Source: Candidatus Bipolaricaulota bacterium (GTDB lineage Bacteria; Bipolaricaulota; Bipolaricaulia; UBA7950; UBA9294). From it: a DNA stretch of 64,000 nt. Positions 56,043 to 64,000 of this stretch are shown here, piece after piece. The notes under the pieces are model-generated. The model worked only from the letters and a program-made list of their open reading frames with translations, was not told the DNA's origin and ran no database searches. The position numbers were made by a program, and so were the translations under genes. Within the stretch, counting starts at the first letter, position 1, and the number at the start of each line of letters is the position of its first letter. The DNA is taken from assembly GCA_018817505.1 (NCBI GenBank), contig JAHITR010000028.1, forward strand, positions 13,736-77,735. The letters run 5' to 3'.

Positions 56043-57044
56043 TCACGGTTCGGGGAACGACCATAGCTCTGCCAGGTCACTTTCGTCAAGCCCCCAGGGA
56101 TCGCACCCGAGGCCGTAAACGCCGACATCGACGGCCGACTCGGCAATAACGAACGTGCCATCGCTCCAAGTGAAGGGAACGATCTCGGCTGCACAGGTCA
56201 GTTCAGACAACTGTCGACTTGACACGGCAACCAATGCAAGCACGTGATCCGGCGTACCGTCGCCATCCGTGTCGACAAACGCCAATTTGCACGCAACATC
56301 CATCGCCTTCAACAGGCTGACGAACAAAATGGCCGTGTCCTCGCAATCCCCATCGCCATCGGCCAGGGTTTCCAATGGATACAGCGGGTGTTCAATTCCC
56401 GGAGGATCCGCCTGGTACTTGATCGCCCCTTGCACAAAAGCCAGCGTCTCTTCAACAAACTCGCTCTGATTCTGGCCTGCACGATTCCAAAGCTCCATGG
56501 CATAGTCATGCAGGGTGGGATCATCGAGCGGATCGCGAACGAAATCGACGTACTTGTCTATATAGGGACTGTTGCGCAAACGCCCCTTGTAGTCTTGATA
56601 AAGGTCGTAGGGAATCAGCATATCCCACGTTCGCGGCTCACCCTCTCTTTCCCAGCGAAACGTTCGCAGTGTGAAGCCATCGGGAATGGCGCGAACGACG
56701 ATCGGGACGATCACTGAAGCGACCTTGCCCTCCGTATCGACAAGGGTCACGCGAACCTTATACGTCCCAGCCTTCCTGTAGGAATGCGTGATCAGCGAGC
56801 CCGTGGCTGTCTGGCCATCACCGAAATCCCACTGAATGGTCACGGCTGTACCCTCAGGATCGAAGGACTTCGATGCGTCGAAGCTCACGACTAACGGCGT
56901 GTATCCCTCACGTGGCAGCACATCCAACACAGCAACCGGAGCGCGGTTGGTTGCCGGAAAAAGACATCCCGACAATCCCAAACAGATCACCAAGCTGACA
57001 ACGAACAGCATGTTTCGAATCGCTAAATACGTGTTCTTCCTCAT
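56043..57044 (-). CDS. lipoprotein with a PKD domain and a transglutaminase-like cysteine-protease core
   Basis: Lipobox LGLSGC. PKD repeat PLVVSFDASKSFDPEGTAVTIQWDFGDGQTATG. Transglutaminase-like GDCEDTAILFVSLLKAMD. Confidence 0.6.
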   Translation of the reverse strand: MRKNTYLAIRNMLFVVSLVICLGLSGCLFPATNRAPVAVLDVLPREGYTPLVVSFDASKSFDPEGTAVTIQWDFGDGQTATGSLITHSYRKAGTYKVRVTLVDTEGKVASVIVPIVVRAIPDGFTLRTFRWEREGEPRTWDMLIPYDLYQDYKGRLRNSPYIDKYVDFVRDPLDDPTLHDYAMELWNRAGQNQSEFVEETLAFVQGAIKYQADPPGIEHPLYPLETLADGDGDCEDTAILFVSLLKAMDVACKLAFVDTDGDGTPDHVLALVAVSSRQLSELTCAAEIVPFTWSDGTFVIAESAVDVGVYGLGCDPWGLDESDLAELWSFPEP

Positions 57045-57176
57045 CTCTGGCCGATTGTAGGTCCTTTGTGTACGGGACTCAATGTCAGAATCCTTTCCTG
57101 TTGTACATTCCGAGGATTTCGCGCGTTGACCCAAGATTTCATCTATGCTACCATCGAGCACGGTAAGGGGGCTTCA

Positions 57177-57845
57177 ATGTATATGATCATTGTGGGGGCA
57201 GGCAGTATCGGTACGAGCTTGATCGATATTGCCGTTTGCGAGAAGAACAACGTTGTTGTTATCGACTCAAGCGCGGAGCGTGCACGCGAAATCAGCAACA
57301 AATACGACATTACCGTCCTCAGTGGCGATGCCACATCCGCAGATACGATTCGCGAGGCTGGTGCCGAAAGGGCCGATGCACTCGTCGTCACGACATCGGA
57401 TGATGCGGTCAATCTGATGGTTGTTTCCATTGCCGCGCATCTGGACATTCCATCCATCGTGTCCATCGTCAATGAAACAGAGCATGCGGATTTCTTCCGG
57501 AAGCTCGGTGCGAATGTCATGGAAAACCCAGAGGAGGTCGTGGCTCAGCATTTGTACAATGCAGTGAAACAGCCCAATGTGCAGGACTTCGCGCTGCTTC
57601 CTCAAGGCGCACAGATCTTCAGGCTACAAATCAACGAAGAGTCCCCTCTCGCTGGCCGTTCCATTGCCGACAGTATTCAGCGAGGATTCATTCCGGAAGC
57701 TATCCGAGTCCTGGCCATCGCACGCGAAGACGAGGACACGCAATCCATCGCGATGGGTGATTCCATTCTCGCGGAAGGTGATATCCTTACCCTGTTCTCT
57801 CTGCAGCGCGTCAGCGATGAAACCATCGCGAAATTGATAGGATGA
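57177..57845 (+). CDS. trkA: Trk/Ktr system NAD-binding subunit
   Basis: AAGGGGG RBS before the start. Rossmann loop IIVGAGSIGTSL, then a C-terminal TrkA-C domain. Confidence 0.85.
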   Translation: MYMIIVGAGSIGTSLIDIAVCEKNNVVVIDSSAERAREISNKYDITVLSGDATSADTIREAGAERADALVVTTSDDAVNLMVVSIAAHLDIPSIVSIVNETEHADFFRKLGANVMENPEEVVAQHLYNAVKQPNVQDFALLPQGAQIFRLQINEESPLAGRSIADSIQRGFIPEAIRVLAIAREDEDTQSIAMGDSILAEGDILTLFSLQRVSDETIAKLIG

Positions 57846-59359
57846 GCTCATCGATCTTTCGCGCCAAACAGGACTTGTTCATTGTCCTTCGAGACTTGGG
57901 ATTGCTAATTCCAGTCGTTGGATTGATGGCTCTTGTTTCCATGGCAATACCACTCATCTATGGCGAAACCTTCGCGCTGGTGCCGTTTGCCATCACTGCA
58001 GCGACATCCTTTGCCTTGGGCGCGTCGCTTTATTTTCCGCTCCGCAAAGTCGCTGGAGATACACAACTCAAGCACGGGCTGATCATCGCTGCCATTGGGT
58101 GGCTGATCATCGCTGCGCTGGGATCCATGCCCTTCGTGTTGACAGCCGTCATGGTCGACGCGAATGCGTCCACAGAAACACTCCAGGTCTTTCATGATCC
58201 CGCAAGCGCTTTCTTCGAATCGATCTCCGGCTACACGGGGACCGGCCTGACGATGGCCGCTCGTGCGGATCTACTCCCAAAAAGCCTCCAATGGTGGCGC
58301 AGCTTCATCGAATGGATTGGGGGAATGGGCGTTATCGTACTCATGCTATCTATCCTAGCTGGACCTCGACCTGGGGCAGCCAGTCACAGCTTGTACTATG
58401 CCGAAGCCCGGTCCGAGCGCATCCATCCGAGCATCAATTCAACGCTACGCACGATGTGGTGGATCTTCTTCCTCTACACCTTCATTTCCGTGATCGCCTT
58501 GTGGGGCGCGGGCATGCCCATGTGGGAATCGATCAACCATGCCATGACCGCCATCTCAACGGGCGGATTCAGTGTGACAGACAATTCGATTGCCTCCTAC
58601 AACAGTGTGGCCATCGAGTTGACGTTGATTCCGATCATGCTGCTGGGGGCCATTAGCTTTGCCGTGCACTACGAGATGATGCGGGGCAATGGCTGGATCC
58701 TTTGGCGCGATTTTCAAACGCGCTGGTTCCTCATCCTGACGGCCATAGGAATTGCCGTGCTCACCCTGGAGAATTTCGGAATCATCGGCGGATTCCAATC
58801 CCTGCGAGATTCCGCTTTCCAAATGGTATCTTCAATCACCTGTACGGGCTTCCAAACCGCCGATTTGAGCGTGTGGAGTCCCACAGGGAAGCTCTTGCTT
58901 GCTGCCGCCATGTTCATCGGCGGTGCTGCAGGATCGACGGCTGGAGGCATCAAGGTCATGCGAATGCTCATCCTGATGAAGGGCGTGCAGTGGCGATTTC
59001 GCAAAATCGTGTCCCCTCGACAGGCCATCGTTCCATTCCGAATCGGAACATCGACTGTGGATGAGTCGCAAGTCGGACAACGGTTGGAAGACGCCTCGCT
59101 CATTACGTTTTTGTGGCTCATCTTCCTTGGGTTGGGTATTGTCGTGCTTTTGCACACCGTTCCTCCAGAGTACACGCTGTCTGATGTCGTATTTGAAGTC
59201 GCCAGTGCTCAGGGGAACGTTGGGTTATCCGTTGGAATCACGCACCCGGCAATGTCGTTGCTCAGCAAGCTTACCCTGTGTTTCAACATGTGGATCGGTC
59301 GTTTGGAAATCATCCCCGTTCTCATGCTCGTTCGGGCCCTGTTCTTTGGCGTGCAGTAA
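57842..59359 (+). CDS. trkH: Trk/Ktr potassium uptake membrane subunit
   Basis: 505 aa polytopic protein with repeated pore-loop GxG motifs (TGTGLT, STGGFS, ITCTGFQ); 4-nt overlap with trkA. Confidence 0.88.
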   Translation: MSSSIFRAKQDLFIVLRDLGLLIPVVGLMALVSMAIPLIYGETFALVPFAITAATSFALGASLYFPLRKVAGDTQLKHGLIIAAIGWLIIAALGSMPFVLTAVMVDANASTETLQVFHDPASAFFESISGYTGTGLTMAARADLLPKSLQWWRSFIEWIGGMGVIVLMLSILAGPRPGAASHSLYYAEARSERIHPSINSTLRTMWWIFFLYTFISVIALWGAGMPMWESINHAMTAISTGGFSVTDNSIASYNSVAIELTLIPIMLLGAISFAVHYEMMRGNGWILWRDFQTRWFLILTAIGIAVLTLENFGIIGGFQSLRDSAFQMVSSITCTGFQTADLSVWSPTGKLLLAAAMFIGGAAGSTAGGIKVMRMLILMKGVQWRFRKIVSPRQAIVPFRIGTSTVDESQVGQRLEDASLITFLWLIFLGLGIVVLLHTVPPEYTLSDVVFEVASAQGNVGLSVGITHPAMSLLSKLTLCFNMWIGRLEIIPVLMLVRALFFGVQ

Positions 59360-59428
59360 GTCAACAATTCCTTCACATCTCTGCCATATCGGACCCGTAT
59401 ACTACGATCGATAACCAAAGGAGGAAAT

Positions 59429-61276
59429 GTGACGAAACGCTTCGTTCTTCTCTCTTGCCTTCTGCTTATTTTGTCTAGCAGTCCGGCATGGGCCTATGAC
59501 CGCTCCGAATTCTTGTTCCTTGATGAGATCGAAATCGGGATGACGGGCATCGGAAAGACCATCGTCGCTGGAGATATCATCGAGGAATTCACTGTGGATG
59601 TACTCGGTGTGATTGATCAGCCAGGAACCCTATCGGACTTCATTGTCGTGCAGGTCTCAGGCGATGTCATCGGTCGAACGGGCGGCATTGCTCAAGGGAT
59701 GAGCGGCAGCCCAGTCTACGTCGATGGGAAGCTCATCGGGGCCATTTCCCGCGCTGCCAATTGGTCCAAGGCGATCACCCCCATCGGACTGGTGACGCCT
59801 ATCGAGCCGATGTTGGAGGTTCTTGATCGCGCCCGCCAAGCGACCATCCTGGCCTCTCCCGCCCCGTCCGCTGTCCTCGCAGACGTCGGACTCCTTGAGA
59901 TGAAGGGGCAGGCTCAAGACGACCTCGTCGCCGCGCTGCCAGACGTCATCTTTTCCTATCCCGTGTCCTCACCGTTCATCACAACCGGAATGTCTGGCCG
60001 GTCGCTTGACATTCTGATGTCTGGACTCCCAACGCATGGGACGTCGACCAAGATGATCACTGACATCCTGGACATCGGTTTTCAACCAACGTTCCGTGGG
60101 TTGGCTTCGTTGGGACTCTCGTTGATTCCTCTGGCAGGCTCTGCCTCGGGTGCGACCACAGATCCGGCGACACTGGTCGCTGGTGGTTCTGTAGGCGTCG
60201 CCCTAGCCACAGGAGACATGGCTGCTGGTTCGCTGGGAACCATCACCTATCGCGATGGCGACACCCTTGTGGGCTATGGGCACCCGTTCATCAACAACGG
60301 CTCGTCCCAGTTTCCACTGGCGAGTGTGTCGATTATCAGCACGATGAAGTCGTTCGAGGCTTCATTCAAGCTTGGCACCCTTGGCGAGCCACTCGGGACC
60401 ATTCTTGAGGACCGAAGCGCAGCCATTGGGGGGCGATTGGGCCCCGTGGCCGACCTTATTGATTTGTTGTTGACTGTCGAGGATGTCGATCGCAATCTGA
60501 CGCAGGAGTACAGCATCGGATTGGTCAAGGAACCTCAGCTTGTTCCTAATTTGCTTCTGTCCATGGGGTATCAAGCGATTGATACCACGCTTGATCGCGT
60601 GGGTCAAGGAACTGTTGAGGTCACTTATGAAATCCAGGGCGACAATATGCCGTTCCCGCTGGAGCGCAGGGACGTGTTCTTCAGCTCTGCAGACATTGCC
60701 ATCTATGCCCCCTGGCAACTGGCAAGCATCGTCGCCTTCCTTGAGTACAACGCCTATGATGACCCCAAGATCACCAGCATTTCGGCATCCATGCAAATCA
60801 CCGAGGAAATACGGGGCATTCAAATCAATGGCCTCGTACTGGACCGTTCCTACTATGCACCAGGAGACACGGTGAATTACGAGGTGGCGCTGCAGACGTT
60901 CCAAGGCGAGGCTCGCGTCGAACGAGGTTCCCTGCAGATTCCAGCTGATCTCATTTCAGATATAGTCGTCATTCGCGCCTACGGAGGTCCCCGTTATCTC
61001 GAGGATGGTGAAGCTCCGCGCGAATTCGATGGATTGGCAGACTTGATTGACGCAATCGAAACCATCCCTGCCTACGATGAACTGACCGTCGAGTTGTTTG
61101 CCGTCAATCTGTTGGGCGTCGATCCATCAGCGTTGTTTGGTGTCGGCGACGAGATGGTCACGTTCCCTGGCTACGTCATTTATGATGAGCGAGAGGTCGC
61201 TGTACCTTTGCTGCTCGACGCAAACTCGGCGGCCACAACGGAACCCGATACGCCACCGAGAGGACCTGGGTGGTAG
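59429..61276 (+). CDS. secreted S55-family (SpoIVB-like) serine peptidase
   Basis: GTG start after an AGGAGG RBS; signal peptide. GGIAQGMSGSPVYVDGKLIGAI matches the SpoIVB catalytic-serine motif GMSGSP. Confidence 0.65.
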   Translation: MTKRFVLLSCLLLILSSSPAWAYDRSEFLFLDEIEIGMTGIGKTIVAGDIIEEFTVDVLGVIDQPGTLSDFIVVQVSGDVIGRTGGIAQGMSGSPVYVDGKLIGAISRAANWSKAITPIGLVTPIEPMLEVLDRARQATILASPAPSAVLADVGLLEMKGQAQDDLVAALPDVIFSYPVSSPFITTGMSGRSLDILMSGLPTHGTSTKMITDILDIGFQPTFRGLASLGLSLIPLAGSASGATTDPATLVAGGSVGVALATGDMAAGSLGTITYRDGDTLVGYGHPFINNGSSQFPLASVSIISTMKSFEASFKLGTLGEPLGTILEDRSAAIGGRLGPVADLIDLLLTVEDVDRNLTQEYSIGLVKEPQLVPNLLLSMGYQAIDTTLDRVGQGTVEVTYEIQGDNMPFPLERRDVFFSSADIAIYAPWQLASIVAFLEYNAYDDPKITSISASMQITEEIRGIQINGLVLDRSYYAPGDTVNYEVALQTFQGEARVERGSLQIPADLISDIVVIRAYGGPRYLEDGEAPREFDGLADLIDAIETIPAYDELTVELFAVNLLGVDPSALFGVGDEMVTFPGYVIYDEREVAVPLLLDANSAATTEPDTPPRGPGW

Positions 61277-62634
61277 CATCCATGTTCCCTGTGGAGAAGA
61301 TCGCCCGCACAGTCCAGGGTGAGCTTCTCCACAGGGAGAACGTCACTCCTCCCACACGCGCCATCCACGACTCCAGGCTCGTCGAGCCCGGAGATCTGTT
61401 CATTGCCCTGCGCGGACGGCGATCCGATGGACACGATTTCCTGTCCGATGCCTTCCGCCGTGGAGCGAGCGCCGCCCTGGTCTCTGACACCAACGATCTG
61501 CCTCCCAATGCTCGCAACATCATATGCGTCCCAGATCCAGTGCTCGCGCTGCAACAATGGGCAACTGCCTGGAGACAGCGTCTGAATGCCACGTTCATCG
61601 GCATCACCGGCACCAACGGCAAGACCACGGTCAGAGCACTGCTGGGGCATCTTCTACAGACTCATGGCCATGCCTACGTCTCCCCCTACAACTACAACAC
61701 GGAAATTGGTCTTCCGATGGCCTTGCTCTCCATGCCGATGGATGCCGACATCGGCGTGTTTGAATTGGGGGCGGAGAATCCCGGAGACATCGCCACGCTC
61801 GCTCGTATCTTGCAGCCGCACATGGGAATCGTGACAACCCTGGGCCCCGGCCATCTGGATGGATTCCAAACAATGGATGGCGTGGCGACAGAGAAATGGT
61901 CCCTAGTCGAGCATCTGCCTGAGAACGGAACGGCCCTGATCAATGCGGACGTGCCTCGCCTTCTTGAGATGGCAGCCACAGCAACGATCAACGTCCTCTC
62001 CGTTGGCCTGAACCACGGCGATTTGCGAGGCCATTTGCTTCAGTCCGTCCCCCATTTGGAACTCACATTGGCGGGGCATAACGAGATCCTACGTTGTCCA
62101 CTGGTCGGGGAGCATAACGCAATCAATGTGCTGCTGGCTTCGGTCGCCGCCCACACGCTTGGGGTCCGTTGGGAAGTCATCGCTCATCGGATGGCATCCT
62201 TTGTGCCCATCGCCCACAGATTGAGTCCGATCCAAACCTCATTCGGAACCATCCTCGACGACACCTACAACGCGAACCCTGCATCGATGAGAGCTGCATT
62301 GGACGTGCTCGCGACATTTGGCACCGAGATCCCCAAACGGCTGTTCGTTTTTGGAGACATGTTGGGACTGGGAACCGCAAGTGAGCGATTCCATCGCGAA
62401 GTGGCTCAGCTCGCGCTACAGCTTCCCATCGACGTGATCCTGCCCGTGGGCCAGGCTGCGATTGCCGCCTGTCAAGCTGTCGCACCTGCTTCCGACAGTT
62501 CAAAGATCGTTATTCTCCCTCGGAATGAGGTCAGTTCATGGATTGTCGCCTACTCACCGGCCATGGTGGTATTGGTGAAGGGATCACGCGGCCTGGCTCT
62601 TGAGACCCTTGCCGCCGAGCTGCAAGATTTCTAG
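61270..62634 (+). CDS. murF: UDP-N-acetylmuramoyl-tripeptide--D-alanyl-D-alanine ligase
   Basis: IHDSRLVEPGDLFIALRGRRSDGHDF N-terminal domain and the Mur-ligase P-loop GITGTNGKTT. Overlaps the preceding peptidase gene by 7 nt. Confidence 0.88.
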   Translation: MVASMFPVEKIARTVQGELLHRENVTPPTRAIHDSRLVEPGDLFIALRGRRSDGHDFLSDAFRRGASAALVSDTNDLPPNARNIICVPDPVLALQQWATAWRQRLNATFIGITGTNGKTTVRALLGHLLQTHGHAYVSPYNYNTEIGLPMALLSMPMDADIGVFELGAENPGDIATLARILQPHMGIVTTLGPGHLDGFQTMDGVATEKWSLVEHLPENGTALINADVPRLLEMAATATINVLSVGLNHGDLRGHLLQSVPHLELTLAGHNEILRCPLVGEHNAINVLLASVAAHTLGVRWEVIAHRMASFVPIAHRLSPIQTSFGTILDDTYNANPASMRAALDVLATFGTEIPKRLFVFGDMLGLGTASERFHREVAQLALQLPIDVILPVGQAAIAACQAVAPASDSSKIVILPRNEVSSWIVAYSPAMVVLVKGSRGLALETLAAELQDF

Positions 62635-62662
62635 GGCACGGTGCAGGACGGCTGCCGAAAAA

Positions 62663-64000
62663 TCAGCGTTCTGCTGCTCCGTCGTCTGGGGCAAATCCGC
62701 GAGCCTGTAGTGCATCGCTGTCTGAATGGGGCAATCGCTCCTCGTTAACGAGCTGCTCATCCTCATGTCCCTTGCCTGCCAACACGATCAGGTCGCCTGC
62801 CTCGGCCTGCTCAATCGCGATGTCGATGGCCTGCATGCGATCCTGAACAATGCAAACGGGTATTCGTGCATTTCCTATGCCCGTTTGGATCTCCTCAGCG
62901 ATGGCAGCCGCGCGTTCACGTTTGGGATTATCCGCTGTCAGAATGATGCGGTCTGCCCAGCGAGCGCTGGCGCGTCCCATCGATACCCTTTTCTCTGTCT
63001 CTCCATCACCTGGACAACCAAATACGACGATGATTCGTGCCCAATTGGGTCGAAGCGTCGAGAGCAGGGCTTCAAGAGAAGCGCCATTGTGCGCGAAGTC
63101 GACGACGGCACTGAGTCCATCCACACGTCGGAAGAAGATGCTCCTTCCGGGAATGGGTAGGACGTGCGTCAATCGATCCAGCATGGTTGAAGGCGCGATG
63201 CCGACAATCTCTCCAACGCTTAGGGCTGCCAGGGCATTGGAGATATTGTGACGTCCTGGCACAGGCAAACGCACGCTCATCGTACGGTGTCCGCGAAGTG
63301 AAACCGAGAACTGGCTGTTGCGCTTTCCCAGGACAATGTCTGACGCGCGCGCATCCACGTTCCCCTCGCACCCATACCTCAAGATCTGTGCGTTTGTGCC
63401 AGCAACAATCGTCTCAGCCATTGGATCATCGGCATTGACGATCGCCCATGCCTCTGGCTTGAGCGTCTCAAAGAGCTTCAGCTTGGCCTTTCGATAGGCC
63501 GCCAATCCACCGTGATGCCGCACGTGCTCAAGAGACAGATTGGTGAAGACACAAGCGTCAAAGTCAATCGAACCCACGCGGTCTTGCTCAATCCCGGCAG
63601 ATGACGCCTCAACGATTAGATGTCTCATTTTGGCGACCACCGCGTCACGAGCCAAAGATTGAATCACCGGACTTGGCGGCGTGGTGAGTCCGGCAAAGCC
63701 CAGGACGGGGGTTCGTACCGTCGACAAGACGCTTGAGTGGCTGCGTCCAAGAATGTCGGCAATCCAATGACAAACGGTCGTCTTCCCGTTCGTGCCGGTC
63801 ACCCCCACGGTGAACAGCTCGGAGGTGGGATGATCGTAGAACGCAGCAGCAAGTTGAGCCAACGCCGTCCGTGCAGATGAAGTAACAAGGACAGGTACGG
63901 ATGCTGAGAAGGCATGCTCGGCCAGCACCGCCACTGCTCCGTGCTCGATCGCATCATCAACAAACTCGCAACCATCCCGACGATGACCAGGAATAGCAAC
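62663..64000 (-). CDS. murE: UDP-N-acetylmuramoyl-L-alanyl-D-glutamate--2,6-diaminopimelate ligase (5' end beyond the window)
   Basis: GVTGTNGKTT P-loop and the DNPKRE motif (MurE DNPR). The frame stays open to the window edge at 64000, so the N-terminal domain is truncated by the window. Confidence 0.88.
   Translation of the reverse strand, partial: VAIPGHRRDGCEFVDDAIEHGAVAVLAEHAFSASVPVLVTSSARTALAQLAAAFYDHPTSELFTVGVTGTNGKTTVCHWIADILGRSHSSVLSTVRTPVLGFAGLTTPPSPVIQSLARDAVVAKMRHLIVEASSAGIEQDRVGSIDFDACVFTNLSLEHVRHHGGLAAYRKAKLKLFETLKPEAWAIVNADDPMAETIVAGTNAQILRYGCEGNVDARASDIVLGKRNSQFSVSLRGHRTMSVRLPVPGRHNISNALAALSVGEIVGIAPSTMLDRLTHVLPIPGRSIFFRRVDGLSAVVDFAHNGASLEALLSTLRPNWARIIVVFGCPGDGETEKRVSMGRASARWADRIILTADNPKRERAAAIAEEIQTGIGNARIPVCIVQDRMQAIDIAIEQAEAGDLIVLAGKGHEDEQLVNEERLPHSDSDALQARGFAPDDGAAER

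Noticed and set aside
63799-63999. 66-aa ORF at the window edge, and apparent N-terminal truncation of murE at 63934
   Set aside because: The murE frame stays open upstream of the GTG at 63934 all the way to position 64000 (VAIPGHRRDGCEFVDDAIEHG..., matching the MurE N-terminal domain). murE is simply cut by the window and is not a pseudogene. The 66-aa ORF is out of frame and spurious.
1-64000. Searched for CRISPR arrays, IS elements or transposases, integrases, rRNA and tRNA
   Set aside because: No direct-repeat arrays, no terminal inverted repeats flanking a transposase-like ORF, and no DDE or tyrosine-recombinase motifs in any frame. The window appears to be stable core chromosome with accessory operons.

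Overview
This is a 64 kb high-GC bacterial chromosomal segment with dense coding on both strands. It has AGGAGG-type ribosome-binding sites and several near-consensus sigma70-like promoters. I found no rRNA, tRNA, CRISPR array or transposase/integrase.

Most of the window is conserved housekeeping: polA, glmM, the glycine-cleavage genes gcvH-gcvPA-gcvPB, dnaB, rpsB-tsf-pyrH, recG, def-fmt, an nth-like glycosylase, a cinA-C/pncC-like gene, prmC-ftsE-ftsX, a yacL-like PIN/TRAM gene, ispD, rmuC, glpX, an M32 carboxypeptidase, xth, a uridine-kinase fusion, an HDAC-like gene, trkA-trkH, murF, and murE (cut by the window end).

Three accessory blocks stand out.
- Block 1 (25.4-35.7 kb) is a tightly packed, single-strand ureide-catabolism cluster. 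In transcription order it holds a hydantoinase/dihydropyrimidinase, a GntR regulator, a carbamate kinase, two tandem YgeW-type 'knotted' carbamoyltransferase paralogs, and an orphan xanthine-dehydrogenase-family molybdopterin subunit. Divergent from it is a fold-type-II PLP enzyme gene translationally coupled to a P-loop NTPase / PNPOx-like fusion.
- Block 2 (39.2-46.0 kb) contains an ArsR regulator facing a perfect TTGACA-17-TATAAT promoter and a tandem TTGCGCAA palindrome. These control a small zinc-ribbon protein and a 612-aa secreted DUF4384/PEGA/2xPKD protein. Next come two divergent paralogous secreted proteins that flank an ABC-2 exporter operon.
- Block 3 (2.8-5.0 kb) is a CARDB + CsgG-like secreted protein followed by a small signal-peptide beta-rich protein.

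I judge block 1 the most likely undescribed system. It looks like an ATP-yielding phosphorolytic ureide/hydantoin fermentation module related to the partly characterised ygeW-hyuA-yqeA gut-bacterial purine cluster. Block 2 is a second candidate with no homology-based function. All product calls come from reading the supplied translations for motifs; no database search was possible.
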